Origin: Trueperaceae bacterium
Lineage (GTDB): Bacteria; Deinococcota; Deinococci; Deinococcales; Trueperaceae
Reading direction: 5' to 3'
Assembly: GCA_965213925.1 (NCBI GenBank)
Contig: OZ243927.1
Location: forward strand, 288,001 to 352,000
DNA: 64,000 bases
Shown here: positions 19,043-32,917 of the stretch, one piece after another
How positions within the stretch are numbered: the first letter of the stretch is position 1
Layout of the letters: each line of letters opens with the position of its first letter
Translations under genes and position numbers: made by a program
The notes under the pieces: model-generated
Database searches by the model: none
The model's input: only the letters and a program-made list of their open reading frames with translations
Told to the model about the DNA's origin: nothing

Positions 19043-20100
19043 CAGTTGTACCGGATGCGCGGGTCGATCACGCCGTAGAGAAGGTCCACCAAGAGGTTCG
19101 CCACAACGACGATCATCGCGGTGAAAACAGCGAACCCCAGCACCGCCGCGTAGTCGAGCTGCACAGCGGCGGTCGCACCCCACTGCCCCAAGCCTGGGTA
19201 ATTAAAAACCGTTTCCGTGATGACCACCCCGTTGAAGAGGCTAAAAAGCACCAAGCCGGAGAGCGTGATGACGGGGATGAGCGCGTTACGGCGGGCGTGC
19301 TTATAGTTCACCATGTTTTCTGGTAGCCCTTTTGCCCGCGCCGTACGCACGTAGTCTTGAGACAAGACATCTAACAGCGACGAGCGCATCACCCGTAAAA
19401 TCTGTGCAGACGAGATGATCGCGAGCGTCGTCACGGGCAAGATCATGTGCAGCACGGCGTTCCAGAAGATATCGAAGCGTCCGTTGAGAAGCGAATCGAT
19501 GGTGAGCAGCCCGGTAGGACGCTGAAAATCACGGCTCGCCAACTCCACGACGAAGCGCGTCGAGAGTCGCCCCGGCTCCACGCGAAACGCGCCGCCTAAG
19601 AACTCGGATAAAAACCCGCCTAGCATCCCGTAGAAGACCACGAGCAGCCAAATCCCCGCCACGAAGCTCGGCAGCGAGTAGCCTACAATCGCAGCGACGC
19701 GCGTGACCTGGTCGATGAACTTGTCCCGGTTGAGAGCCGCCGCTGTGCCGAGCCAGATGCCGATGCCGATCACCGGAATGATGGCGTAGAGGGCTAGCTC
19801 CAAGGTTGCCGGGAACCTCTTGCGAATCGTCGTCAAGACGGGCTCGTTGGTGACTTTCGAGTAGCCCATGTTGCCCTGCGCGACCTGGCTGAGCCAGCGC
19901 CCGTACTGCTGATACCAGGGGTCGTCGAGCCCGTAACGCTCGACGATGGCGGGCAAGTTGCGCGCCTGCTGTGGTGTCTGCGCGTAGGTAGACGCGCGCT
20001 GGATAGGGGTTAAAAGCTGCATGAGCAGCACGATGAAGATAGTGACGCCGAAAAATACGACGGGCAAAAAGAGAAGTCGTCTAACGACAAAAGCGAACAT
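19042..20100 (-). CDS. Peptide ABC transporter permease (OppB/DppB)
   Basis: GLDDP, RFPATLEL, DYVRTARAKGL, ITETVF.YPGLG. Confidence 0.93.
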   Translation of the reverse strand: MFAFVVRRLLFLPVVFFGVTIFIVLLMQLLTPIQRASTYAQTPQQARNLPAIVERYGLDDPWYQQYGRWLSQVAQGNMGYSKVTNEPVLTTIRKRFPATLELALYAIIPVIGIGIWLGTAAALNRDKFIDQVTRVAAIVGYSLPSFVAGIWLLVVFYGMLGGFLSEFLGGAFRVEPGRLSTRFVVELASRDFQRPTGLLTIDSLLNGRFDIFWNAVLHMILPVTTLAIISSAQILRVMRSSLLDVLSQDYVRTARAKGLPENMVNYKHARRNALIPVITLSGLVLFSLFNGVVITETVFNYPGLGQWGATAAVQLDYAAVLGFAVFTAMIVVVANLLVDLLYGVIDPRIRYN

Positions 20101-20213
20101 CTTTCACCTCCTTAGCGGGTATCATCCGGTCACGAACGCTCACAGTCAATTTTGATTGGGCGCGTAATATTTAGAGATGATACGTGTATCCAACACCGAT
20201 GAGAAATAAGGAG

Positions 20214-20240
20214 AGAGGAGCGGTCTAGCGCCGCTCCTCT
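20214..20240 (-). terminator. Intercistronic hairpin after the substrate-binding gene
   Basis: AGAGGAGCGG-N7-CCGCTCCTCT, 10-bp stem. Confidence 0.55.
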
Positions 20241-20255
20241 TGCTCGAGACTTAGC

Positions 20256-21998
20256 CTAGTTCTTCGAGACGTCTTTCCAGAAGTAGTTGTGGGAGAGCAT
20301 CGGGTTGTAGTAGACGCCTTGGAGCACCTCGCTCGCGGCGATGAACGCGCCGGGTACGGGCAGCGGGACGACGGGCGCGAGGTCGTAGTGGAGCTGCGTA
20401 GCTTGCGCGTAGAGTTCTTCGCGCTCGCTCTGATCTAACGAGCTATTAGCTTGCCTGAGCGCCTGGTCCATCTCTTCGTTGCTAAAGCTCGTGCGTCCGT
20501 CCGGGTAGAAGCCGTCGGAGAGGTAGAAGGTGTTGAAGAAGTTTCTCGGGTCGGCGTAGTCCGCGCCCCAACCGAGCACGAACATGGGCGTTAGCCCCTG
20601 GTCGCTGCGGCTCAGGAAGTCGGGCCAGGCGAGCGAGCGGATGTTCATCGTGAAGTTCGGGCTCAAAAACTCCAGGTTCTCTTTGATGATCTCTAAAGAC
20701 GCTTGCCGCGTGGTGTTACCTGCGTTATAGAGCGCGGTGAACTGAAAGCCGGTGTCGAACAGTTGACCGTCAAACGCTTGGCTAAAGGCTTGCTCCGCCG
20801 CCTCCAGGTCGAGCGTGCGAATCGGCACGTCGTCGGTGTAGCCGAAGAAGGAGGGGGGCAGCGCCGCCGTGAGCGCCTGACCTTCGCCCTCATAAATCTG
20901 CTCGATAAAGGCTTGCTGGTCGAAGAGGTGCGCGAAGCCGATGCGCACGTTCGGGTCGTCGAAGAAGTCAGAGGGGATACCCTGACCGTCTAGCTGACCC
21001 GAGCCGACGTCCTCGTTGTTCTCCATCACGATGTCGGTGTTGAAGAAGACCGCCGAGACCGAGGTGGGGTTCCATTCTGGGTCTTCGTATACGGTGACGC
21101 CCGGCGCGCCGCGAAGCTGCACGAGCGCCGCGCGGTCGCCCAAGATGGCGCGGTCCGCGTCGCCCTGTTGCAGCGCCAAGATGTTGGTGGACTGCTCTTC
21201 GACGTAGTTGTAGACGACGTTGGCGATGGACGGTGCGCCGTCCCAGTAGTCGCTGAAGGCTTGACCAACGAAGGAGTTACCCGTCCACTCGACGAGTTGG
21301 TACGCGCCCGTGCCGCTCGCCGCGTTGTGCATGAATTCTTGCGTGAGGTCGCGCCCGATCCAGTCGGTCCAGGTCGCTTCGGTGCCGTCCCACATGCCGT
21401 TCTCGATGGCCCACTGGCTGTCCGTCACGCTGAACGCGGTGTACGCGAGAATCGAGAGGAACGCGGGGTCGGGCGCAGTCAGGTTGAGTTGCACGGTTAA
21501 ACCGTCGTCACCGTCGGGGCACTCGACTGCGCCGTCGATCATGCCCCAGTCGACCTCTTCTTGGTACGCTGCCGCGTCGCTGCCGTCGGTCTGCGTGCCC
21601 AAGAACTGGTTGCCGACGAGGTAGCTGACCGCGCCCTCGGGGTGCGCGACGACCATGCCGCGCTCTAAGGAGTACTCCACGTCGCGGCAGGTCATGGTGT
21701 TGCCGCTATGGAAAGGCACGCCTTCGCGCAGGGTGAAGGTGTAGGTCGTGCCGTCTTCGGACGTTTGGTAGTCGGTCGCCAAAGCAGGTACGAACTCGTC
21801 GATACTCGCGCCGTCGTAGGTGTAGAGGGTTTCGTAAATATTTTCTAAGAGCGAACCCGAAGCGGTGTCGTAAGCCCTGGCAGGGTCTAACGTGACCGCC
21901 TCGCCGAAAGCGGAGACGACGTAGGTGTCGGCGGGGGCTTGCGCTGCGCCGGTCGAAAGTAGACCGAGCAGCGCGAGTAGGGATAGAGCTTTTTTCAT
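20256..21998 (-). CDS. Peptide ABC transporter substrate-binding protein (family 5)
   Basis: Signal peptide, TLDPARAYD, YETL, YTFTLREGV.FH.G, GTGAY, GWGADY.DP. Confidence 0.93.
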   Translation of the reverse strand: MKKALSLLALLGLLSTGAAQAPADTYVVSAFGEAVTLDPARAYDTASGSLLENIYETLYTYDGASIDEFVPALATDYQTSEDGTTYTFTLREGVPFHSGNTMTCRDVEYSLERGMVVAHPEGAVSYLVGNQFLGTQTDGSDAAAYQEEVDWGMIDGAVECPDGDDGLTVQLNLTAPDPAFLSILAYTAFSVTDSQWAIENGMWDGTEATWTDWIGRDLTQEFMHNAASGTGAYQLVEWTGNSFVGQAFSDYWDGAPSIANVVYNYVEEQSTNILALQQGDADRAILGDRAALVQLRGAPGVTVYEDPEWNPTSVSAVFFNTDIVMENNEDVGSGQLDGQGIPSDFFDDPNVRIGFAHLFDQQAFIEQIYEGEGQALTAALPPSFFGYTDDVPIRTLDLEAAEQAFSQAFDGQLFDTGFQFTALYNAGNTTRQASLEIIKENLEFLSPNFTMNIRSLAWPDFLSRSDQGLTPMFVLGWGADYADPRNFFNTFYLSDGFYPDGRTSFSNEEMDQALRQANSSLDQSEREELYAQATQLHYDLAPVVPLPVPGAFIAASEVLQGVYYNPMLSHNYFWKDVSKN

Positions 21999-22073
21999 AG
22001 TCCTCCTAAAGTAGAAAGCGTGGTCGTTGGGGCCGTAGATGGTTGCGGTGTGGACGGTTGGGATGTGGAAGCA

Positions 22074-22093
22074 TTATCCACAGGTTATCCACA
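22074..22093 (+). promoter_or_regulatory. Two tandem perfect DnaA boxes
   Basis: TTATCCACA at 22074-22082 and 22085-22093. Confidence 0.6.
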
Positions 22094-22532
22094 GGTCAAA
22101 CTAGGTAATGCGGGGCGCGAAGGCGCTCCTGAAACCCTCCTTTCCCTAAGATCACATCGTCATGACCTCATCAGTCTAACAAACTTGTTCGCTCTTGCGC
22201 CGCCCTCTGAATGTAATCTGAAAAACGGATGACTTCATTAAGCCGAAATGGAAAATGAGACATACAGCAACTTTGCGCGCAGATGTGAACATTTATACAT
22301 CTGTTCTACCTTATCATCAAAAGCATAAATATCTATAGAACATCTATAGGAAAGGGCTTTTTAGCTTTCCCGGCGGCTCTACGCTCAGTTGCGATGAGCA
22401 ATTCTATGCAAATATAACGTGTAAAGGTGGCGAGATTCGCGGACGTTTGCGCTCGCCCTTTCAGGCGCGTGAGGGTCTATTTTAGCCTCGAGTACACGGT
22501 TTCGCCCCCGTCTTGCGGTAAACTTGGGGGAG

Positions 22533-23120
22533 ATGAAACGTATCTTCTTTAGTCTCTCTTTGCTCGCACTGCTGAGCGCTTGTGTGGAACGCTCCGACGC
22601 CTTAGCGCCCGTTGTCAACATCACCTCGCCGAAAAGCGGCACCGTGCGCACCGCTGAAAACCTGCAGATTAGCGGCTACGCCCTCGACGACGAGGGCGTC
22701 CGCGCGGTTCGCGTCAACGGGCTCGACCTCTTGGGCGAAGCCATCTACGCCGAGCAGCGCGACAAAAAACTCGTGCGCTTCGCCTTTATCCCGCAAGAGG
22801 TCGGCGAAGGGCAGTGGGCGTCGACCATCGAGGTCGAAGACGTGGACGGGCGCGTCACCTCGCTCGACTTCCCCCTAGAGATCGACACGACCCCGCCGAC
22901 GCTGGAGATTACAGGCGTCGAAGGTTTAGCGGACGGGCGCGTGCGCGTCGTGGGCGTCGCGAGGGATAACGACCAGGTCGGTCGCGTCAGCGTGAGCGGC
23001 ACGGACATCTCGTTTATCCCGGCAGAGCAGGTCTCCTTCTCGTTGGACGTGGCGCGCGAGGGGTTAGAGATTGTCGTCACCGACCAAGCGGGCAACCGGA
23101 TTGTCGAACAACCCCAATGA
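22533..23120 (+). CDS. Lipoprotein with Ig-like domains
   Basis: Lipobox LSAC; P.V.ITSP, DTTPPTL, DQAGN motifs. Confidence 0.75.
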   Translation: MKRIFFSLSLLALLSACVERSDALAPVVNITSPKSGTVRTAENLQISGYALDDEGVRAVRVNGLDLLGEAIYAEQRDKKLVRFAFIPQEVGEGQWASTIEVEDVDGRVTSLDFPLEIDTTPPTLEITGVEGLADGRVRVVGVARDNDQVGRVSVSGTDISFIPAEQVSFSLDVAREGLEIVVTDQAGNRIVEQPQ

Positions 23121-23150
23121 TATGCCTGTAGGAGATGTAGTCACGTTGCG

Positions 23151-24596
23151 ATGAAAGCGATGAGACCTGCGACGCAACAGGTGGCGTCACGTTCGCCGAG
23201 TCTGCCTATCTCGACGCGCGAGGTGCCGAGTTTAGCACCTCGCGCGCTAGCCTTGGAGAAAGCGCACGGCAACGGCGACTTGGTACGCATCATCGAAGCG
23301 TTGGGGATCGGCGGACCCTTTGAGGTCTTAAACTCCTGGGAACTCCGGGACGAAAGAGGGCAGCACCTCATCAATGCGGGGGGCTACGCGGCGCTTCCCT
23401 TCGGCGAGCGCTATCCCCCTCTCGTAGATTTTATTCACGCCTACTTTCAAACGAGTACCAGCATGAGCTTGCCACAACAGTCGGTGTCGGACTGGCGAGC
23501 GGCGCTAGAGACCAACCTCGTCGCCCTGCTCTCGTTCTACGCGCCGAGCCACGGAGACTCGCAAGTTTTTTTTTCCAATAGCGGCGCGGAGGCGGTCGAG
23601 ACGGCGCTCAAGTTCGCCCGCACTGCGCGCCCGAACGCTGCGCACCTCATCAACTTTACGAAGGGCTATCACGGTAAGACAGCGGGCGCACTCTCCTTGA
23701 CACCTAACGAGGAGTACCAAGCGCCTTTTAGGCCACTACTCGGAAACGTAGTAACGCTCCCTTACGGCGACGCGCAGGCGCTCACGAACAAGGTGACGGA
23801 ATTAAGCGCAGATAAAATCGTCGCCGTCGTGTTAGAGCCTATTCAGGGTGAGGGCGGCGTGATCCACCCTCCAGCGGATTTCTTACCTGCTGTAAACGCG
23901 CTTAGAGACCGCGGCGTCCTCGTCATCGCCGATGAGATTCAGACCGGCTTAGGACGCTCTGGGCATCTGTTTGCGAGCGTGGCGGGCGGTTTAGACCCCG
24001 ACATTCTCACCTTAGCTAAGCCGCTCGGCGGCGGGCTCTTGCCGATCGGTGCGACGATTGCGCGCCGCGAGATTTACAGGACGATGCTGGGCGGCTTGCA
24101 GAGCAAGCGCCACTCGAACACGTTCGGCGGTGGCTCGCTGGCGATGGCGGTGGGGCTCAAGTCGCTGGAGATCATCGTAGAAGAAAACCTAGTCGAGCGC
24201 TCGAGAGTTTTAGGCGAGCACGGTTTAGCAGAGCTTCGGAATTTGCAAGGCGCGTACCCCGACCTCATCGAAGAGGTGCGCGGCGCGGGGATGCTCTTCG
24301 CGCTGCAACTGCAACCTGTCGTTTCTCAAAAGGTGCTAGCGGGAGAGTTGCCCGCGCAGTTAGGGAGCGCTCTGGCGCTACGGCTGCTGCACCAAGCGGG
24401 CGTGCACGGGTGCTACACGCTGAACTCGAGCGCCACCTTGCGCCTCACGCCGCCGCTCAACATCCCCGAGGAGACCTTCGCAGACCTTCTGGAGCGCGTC
24501 GCGCACTTCGCACAATGCACGCCTAAAGCTTGGCAACTCCCCCTTAAAACCCCACCTTCTGTACTGGCGGGTCTAGCGCGTCTCGCCCTTTCGTAG
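23151..24596 (+). CDS. Class III aminotransferase (ornithine/putrescine aminotransferase-like)
   Basis: NSGAEAVE, YHGKT, EPIQGEGG, DEIQTGLGRSG, LAKPLGGG. Confidence 0.9.
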   Translation: MKAMRPATQQVASRSPSLPISTREVPSLAPRALALEKAHGNGDLVRIIEALGIGGPFEVLNSWELRDERGQHLINAGGYAALPFGERYPPLVDFIHAYFQTSTSMSLPQQSVSDWRAALETNLVALLSFYAPSHGDSQVFFSNSGAEAVETALKFARTARPNAAHLINFTKGYHGKTAGALSLTPNEEYQAPFRPLLGNVVTLPYGDAQALTNKVTELSADKIVAVVLEPIQGEGGVIHPPADFLPAVNALRDRGVLVIADEIQTGLGRSGHLFASVAGGLDPDILTLAKPLGGGLLPIGATIARREIYRTMLGGLQSKRHSNTFGGGSLAMAVGLKSLEIIVEENLVERSRVLGEHGLAELRNLQGAYPDLIEEVRGAGMLFALQLQPVVSQKVLAGELPAQLGSALALRLLHQAGVHGCYTLNSSATLRLTPPLNIPEETFADLLERVAHFAQCTPKAWQLPLKTPPSVLAGLARLALS

Positions 24597-25914
24597 CGCC
24601 CCGGTGCGCCTGCTCCACCGTCTCTAAGTCCGCGCCGATAAGGACGTCTTTCGCCACCTCGACGATGAGGTCGGCTTGCTCGGCGAGCGCGCCGTCGAGT
24701 CTGGAGTGGTCGTTGAGCGCGCGGAGCACAGTGATGGTTTGCAAGAGGTGCAGCGAGACCATCATGTTGTCGCCGCTAAAGCGGCGCAGCGGTCCGAAGG
24801 TATTTTGCACCAGGTCTTTGATGTCCACCTGAGTGTAGATGAGGCGGAGCTTCTCCTCGTCGTCAAAAAAGTAAGGCGAGTGCGGCTTGCGCGAGACGAG
24901 CAGGTTAAAGCCTTCGCCGATGCGGTTAATGCACTGGATCGCCGTGACGGGGTCGTTGATGCCCGGCGAGAGCGCCCGGAGCGCCACCTCGGTCAGTTGG
25001 TCGAACAAAAAGTCGAAGTCCTGCAAGGGCGTGCGGCGCGGACCGAAGGTGAACGACCCGCGCAACTTTTCCTCCAGTTCCTCAGTGAGACGTTCGCCGG
25101 GCCACACTTGCAAGAGCGGTCTGCGTTCGACCAAAAACGTACCGGGTCGGTGCGGCACTTTGACGATCACATCGTGTTCCTTCGCGGCGGCAATGAGTCC
25201 TTGTACTCCGACCGTCTGCAGGTAGCTGCTGTGCGCCATCGGCACGTTCCGCGCGTCCTCGTCAAATCTGTCAGGAATAGAGGGCGTTTCGGGCGCTTCA
25301 TCGTTAAAACCTCTCTCGTGAGAGAGCTGCTCCTCGGGGTAAATCTTTCTGATGAGGTCCTCTAAACTCTGCGCGATATTCGTGATGATACTGGACGCCT
25401 GAATCGACTCCGCTGTGTGGTGAATGAAGTAGATAAACACGCCTAAGTTAAAGGCGGCTAGAAGCACCGAGAACGTCACCGCGAGGTGCGGCACGAAGGA
25501 GGTCAGCGCGGCCGCTTCGTCCGCGGAGCGAATCGTGCGCAGCACCAAAAGGCAGTAGATGAAGGTGCCGATAAAGCTGCCCAGCACGAATTGGTTGCCC
25601 CGGTCGCGCATGAAGTTGCCCAGAAGCCGCGGTCCGTATTGCCCCGAGGTGAGTGACAAGACGACCATTGTGATGGAGAACGCCACGCCCGCCACCCCGA
25701 TCATGGAGCCCGAAATGGTGGAGAGCAAAGAGCGTGCGCCGTCGGGCTGGTTGAGGTACACGAATTGGATATTGCGCAGCCAGGTAAGCTTGTCGCCTGT
25801 GTCGAGCCATACTAGGAGCGACGCGAGCAGCACCGAGCCCAAGGTCATGAGCCCCGGCACAAACCAGTAGCTTGCCAGGAGCGCGTCCCAGGTGCTGGTG
25901 AGTTTATTGCGCAT
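24544..25914 (-). CDS. DUF2254 family membrane protein
   Basis: SYWFVP, QYGPRLL, F+GTF+YCL, RALSPGINDP.TA. Confidence 0.85.
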   Translation of the reverse strand: MRNKLTSTWDALLASYWFVPGLMTLGSVLLASLLVWLDTGDKLTWLRNIQFVYLNQPDGARSLLSTISGSMIGVAGVAFSITMVVLSLTSGQYGPRLLGNFMRDRGNQFVLGSFIGTFIYCLLVLRTIRSADEAAALTSFVPHLAVTFSVLLAAFNLGVFIYFIHHTAESIQASSIITNIAQSLEDLIRKIYPEEQLSHERGFNDEAPETPSIPDRFDEDARNVPMAHSSYLQTVGVQGLIAAAKEHDVIVKVPHRPGTFLVERRPLLQVWPGERLTEELEEKLRGSFTFGPRRTPLQDFDFLFDQLTEVALRALSPGINDPVTAIQCINRIGEGFNLLVSRKPHSPYFFDDEEKLRLIYTQVDIKDLVQNTFGPLRRFSGDNMMVSLHLLQTITVLRALNDHSRLDGALAEQADLIVEVAKDVLIGADLETVEQAHRGATKGRDALDPPVQKVGF

Positions 25915-25924
25915 AAGGATGAGT

Positions 25925-26062
25925 TCCGAGTAGCGAGCAATGAGCAATGAGTAGGGCAGGAAGTAAGAAGTAAGGGATAAGGAGTAAAGAGTCGCCTTTC
26001 ACTTTTAACTCATTGCTCATTGCTTTTAACTCTCTTTCCTTACTCGTTGCTTTTAACTTTAA
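25925..26062. repeat. Heptamer tandem-repeat hairpin (GAGCAAT / CTCATTG)
   Basis: Imperfect 7-nt tandem repeats followed by their complements; similar tracts at 28240-28322, 37700-37775, 41320-41385 and 57800-57861. Confidence 0.7.
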
Positions 26063-26067
26063 TCTAG

Positions 26068-26850
26068 TCACTGCCCGCCACCCGCCGCCTGACCCTCTTT
26101 CGCGGTCTCTTCCGTGTAGGGCTGATGCAACTTGACGGGCTTAGAGCCGCGAAGCCGCAAGTTGAGCATCTCGACGAAGACCGCAAAACCCATCGAGAAG
26201 TAGATGTAGCCTTTAGGGATGTGCTGTCCGAAACTCTCGGCGACTAAAGACACGCCGATGAGAATCAAAAAGGAGAGCGCTAACATCTTCACGGTAGGGT
26301 GCTGATCAACAAAGTCGCTGATGGGTCCAGCCGAAATGAGCATGATGCCTACCGCGATCACGACGGCTGTGACCATCACGCCGAGGTCGTCCGCCATGCC
26401 GACCGCCGTGATGACCGAGTCGAGCGAGAAGACCACATCCAAAATGAGAATCTGCGCGATCACAGCGGCGAACGAGGGCGCGACTTTAGCGCTCTCGTGC
26501 CCCTCTTCGCCCTCCAACTTCTGGTGAATCTCTTGCGTCGCTTTGGCGATCAAGAAAAGCCCGCCCACTAACAAGATGAGGTCGCGCCCCGAAATCTCCT
26601 GTTCAAAAATAGTGAAGAGCGGTTCCGTCAAACCGATAATCCAGCTTATCGAGAAGAGCAACAAGATGCGCGTGAACATCGCCAAAAAAAGCCCTACATT
26701 GCGCGCTCTGGGCTGCTGCTCTTCGGGCAGTTTAGAGGAAACGATCGAGATAAAAACGATGTTGTCGATGCCTAAAACGATCTCTAAAAGGGTGAGGGTG
26801 AGAAGCGCAACCCACGCTTCCGGGCTGCTAACCCACGAAAATAAATCCAT
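26068..26850 (-). CDS. TerC family membrane protein
   Basis: LEIVLGIDN, DVVFSLDSVITAVG, HPTVKMLAL, PKGYIYF; ATG at 26850. Confidence 0.92.
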   Translation of the reverse strand: MDLFSWVSSPEAWVALLTLTLLEIVLGIDNIVFISIVSSKLPEEQQPRARNVGLFLAMFTRILLLFSISWIIGLTEPLFTIFEQEISGRDLILLVGGLFLIAKATQEIHQKLEGEEGHESAKVAPSFAAVIAQILILDVVFSLDSVITAVGMADDLGVMVTAVVIAVGIMLISAGPISDFVDQHPTVKMLALSFLILIGVSLVAESFGQHIPKGYIYFSMGFAVFVEMLNLRLRGSKPVKLHQPYTEETAKEGQAAGGGQ

Positions 26851-27132
26851 AGTTGCCCCTTGGGCGCTCCTAAGAAGATGCAAGCAAACTAGGAGCACGG
26901 TGAAGTCGGCGTCTACTATACCCCGCGAAGCTTAGGGAAACTTAGAAGGTCTTTAGAACCGAGAACTTAGCTGACGTAAGCACCTTAGGCGTTTCGGAGC
27001 GCGAGAAAAGTGCCTGCAGGCTTGACGCCGCCCCGCTAAACACGCAACAATGGTCTAGTTGAGTTTTGAATGGAGCGTTTCTTAACGCGACTCAGCGCCT
27101 CGAGCCCCCTCTCTTAGCGAGCGTAGGTTCGA

Positions 27133-27257
27133 CTCATCCAGAGCAACCGAGGGACCTGACCCGACGACGTTGCAGCAACCCGCTTTCATCCAAGCGGGTG
27201 CTCCTTTCAGACCGGCGGGGCGAGGTCACGATGGCTTCACCCTTCTGGACAGATGAG
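27133..27257 (+). ncRNA. SAM-I (S-box) riboswitch
   Basis: P1 CTCATC...GATGAG, ATCCAGAG, GAGGGA..GACCC, GCAACC...GGTGC core; directly upstream of metF-metH. Confidence 0.9.
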
Positions 27258-27365
27258 AAGGCTCTTTTTCTGACCCTTCTTTATAAACTGGCTGCATTTT
27301 CATTAAGGAGGGTTTGCTATGGCATTTATTTCTATCCCTATGGACACAACTAAAGAGGTGCGTCT

Positions 27366-28235
27366 GTGAGCTTAGCCTCGAGGCTCGGAAGAGAGTTTAT
27401 TGTAACAGCGGAGTTAGAGCCCCCCCGCAGCGCCGACCCCAGCAGCGCCTACCGCCAAGCTGCCGAAGCCGAACCTTACGTTCACGCCGTCAATATCTCC
27501 GACGCGCCCATGGCGAACTTGCGCATGAGCCCGGTCGCGTTGGCGCACCTTATCCAGTCGCGCTATGAACTCGAGACGGTCTTCCACTTCACCTGCCGTG
27601 ACCGCAACGTTTTAGCGCTCCAGTCGGAACTTCTGGGCGCAGCCGCGCTAGGGGTTAAGAACGTCTTGACCTTGACGGGCGACCCGCCTACGCGCGGCGA
27701 TCATCCAGATGCCAAGGGCGTTTACGAGGTAGACGTGCTCGGGCTTATCGGTTTAGTCAAAAATCTCAACCGGGGTAAAACCAGAGGGCGCGACCTGGAA
27801 GCGCCGACGAACCTCACGGTTGCCGCCGCCGCGAATCCGGGCGCGAAAGATTTAGAGGTCGAGGTTTCCAAGTTCAACGCTAAGTTAAAAGCAGGTGCGC
27901 ACTTCTTCCAGACCCAGCCGATCTTTAGCGCCGAGGACGCGGTGAGGTTTCAAGCTGCCTTTGGCGGCAGAGCGCCCGCACCCGTGCTCTACGGCGTCTT
28001 ACCCGTGCGCAGTGCGAAGATGGCGAAGGGCGTGTCGAAATGGTGCAGCGTGCCGGACGAGCTTATTGAGGGGCTCGAGAGAGACGGACAAGCCGCCGGG
28101 CTCCGCTGGGCGCAGCAGCTCGTGGCGGACCTGCGCACGCTCGGCGTGGACGGCGTCCACGTGTATCCGCTCGGGCGAACGGAGCTTTTAGGAGAATTTC
28201 TCGAGCCGGTAGAAGAGGTCGTGAGCTATGCGTAG
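27366..28235 (+). CDS. metF: Methylenetetrahydrofolate reductase
   Basis: ELEPP, HFTCRDRN, LTGDPP, GAHFFQTQP. Confidence 0.9.
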   Translation: MSLASRLGREFIVTAELEPPRSADPSSAYRQAAEAEPYVHAVNISDAPMANLRMSPVALAHLIQSRYELETVFHFTCRDRNVLALQSELLGAAALGVKNVLTLTGDPPTRGDHPDAKGVYEVDVLGLIGLVKNLNRGKTRGRDLEAPTNLTVAAAANPGAKDLEVEVSKFNAKLKAGAHFFQTQPIFSAEDAVRFQAAFGGRAPAPVLYGVLPVRSAKMAKGVSKWCSVPDELIEGLERDGQAAGLRWAQQLVADLRTLGVDGVHVYPLGRTELLGEFLEPVEEVVSYA

Positions 28236-28337
28236 AAAGGCAACAACGAGCAATGAGCAACGAGTTGAAAGTAAAACCCTAAAGATTTGTACTCATTGCT
28301 CATTGCTTTTAACTCATTGCTCCAGACGCTCAACCTC

Positions 28338-32057
<3,720 letters not shown>

Positions 32058-32073
32058 GCTTGTATAATGAGGC

Positions 32074-32649
32074 GTGGCACTGACTCGAGCAACGCGGCAG
32101 AGCGAATTAGGCGAACCTCAGAGCGTGCGCTTTACGCTTCAGGACTACTACAAGATGGCCGAGGTAGGCGTCCTCAAAGCGGATAAGCGCTACGAGCTTC
32201 TTGATGGGGTGGTGCTGGAAGTGCACCCTATCAGCCCCGCCTACAACTACGCTGTCAAGAGTCTATCCGACCAACTCAGCGCGTGCATAGGGGAAAACGC
32301 TACCGTCTTCTCACAGGGTCCGCTCCAATTTGATGAGAGCGAACCTCAGCCCGATGTCATGCTTTTGAAATCTCCGGCTGAACGCTACAGGCAGCGTCAC
32401 CCTGTGCCCGCAGACGTCCTGCTCATCATTGAAGTGGCCAACGCCACCTTGCAAACAGACCGCACGACTAAGTTGCAACTCTACGCGGGTGCGGGTATAC
32501 CCGAATACTGGATTTTGAACTTACAAAAACCGCAGCTCGAGGTGCACTGCAATCCTGACAAACAAGAAGCAAGATATCGAGAGGTTAAAACCCTGTTCGC
32601 GGAAGAGGTTGCTACGTTTAGTGGGTTTGAGGTGGCGTGGTGGAAATAG
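32074..32649 (+). CDS. Uma2/DUF820 family putative endonuclease
   Basis: FT..DY.KM, ELLDG, EPQPD, LIIEV, K..LYA.AGIPEYWI.NL. Confidence 0.9.
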   Translation: MALTRATRQSELGEPQSVRFTLQDYYKMAEVGVLKADKRYELLDGVVLEVHPISPAYNYAVKSLSDQLSACIGENATVFSQGPLQFDESEPQPDVMLLKSPAERYRQRHPVPADVLLIIEVANATLQTDRTTKLQLYAGAGIPEYWILNLQKPQLEVHCNPDKQEARYREVKTLFAEEVATFSGFEVAWWK

Positions 32650-32917
32650 GTTTGTTGACTTGGCATTGAGAGATTACGCGGTTCAACTCGAGCGAAGCGC
32701 CAAGCGCATCCCTGAACTGAAAGATCACCCACTGAAAACGGACCTCTCAGCACTGGCAGATAATTTTGCGAAGAAAAAGGTTTGAGAGATACCGGGGGAG
32801 GTGCGAAACCTCTACCATGTAAAACAAAAGGCGTTCTTGCGGGGTGCTCTCCCGTTACACTGGCTTAATGTCTACCTCTTCCCTCCACCACGGCTTTCTC
32901 CCTCTCCTCAACCTTTT

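Noticed and set aside
22045..22430. Chromosomal oriC
   Set aside because: Only two perfect DnaA boxes and no dnaA, dnaN or parAB context
32650..32870. Possible orphan CRISPR repeat (ending CTGAAAG) with a leader-like flank
   Set aside because: Single copy, no spacer periodicity, weak hairpin and no cas genes
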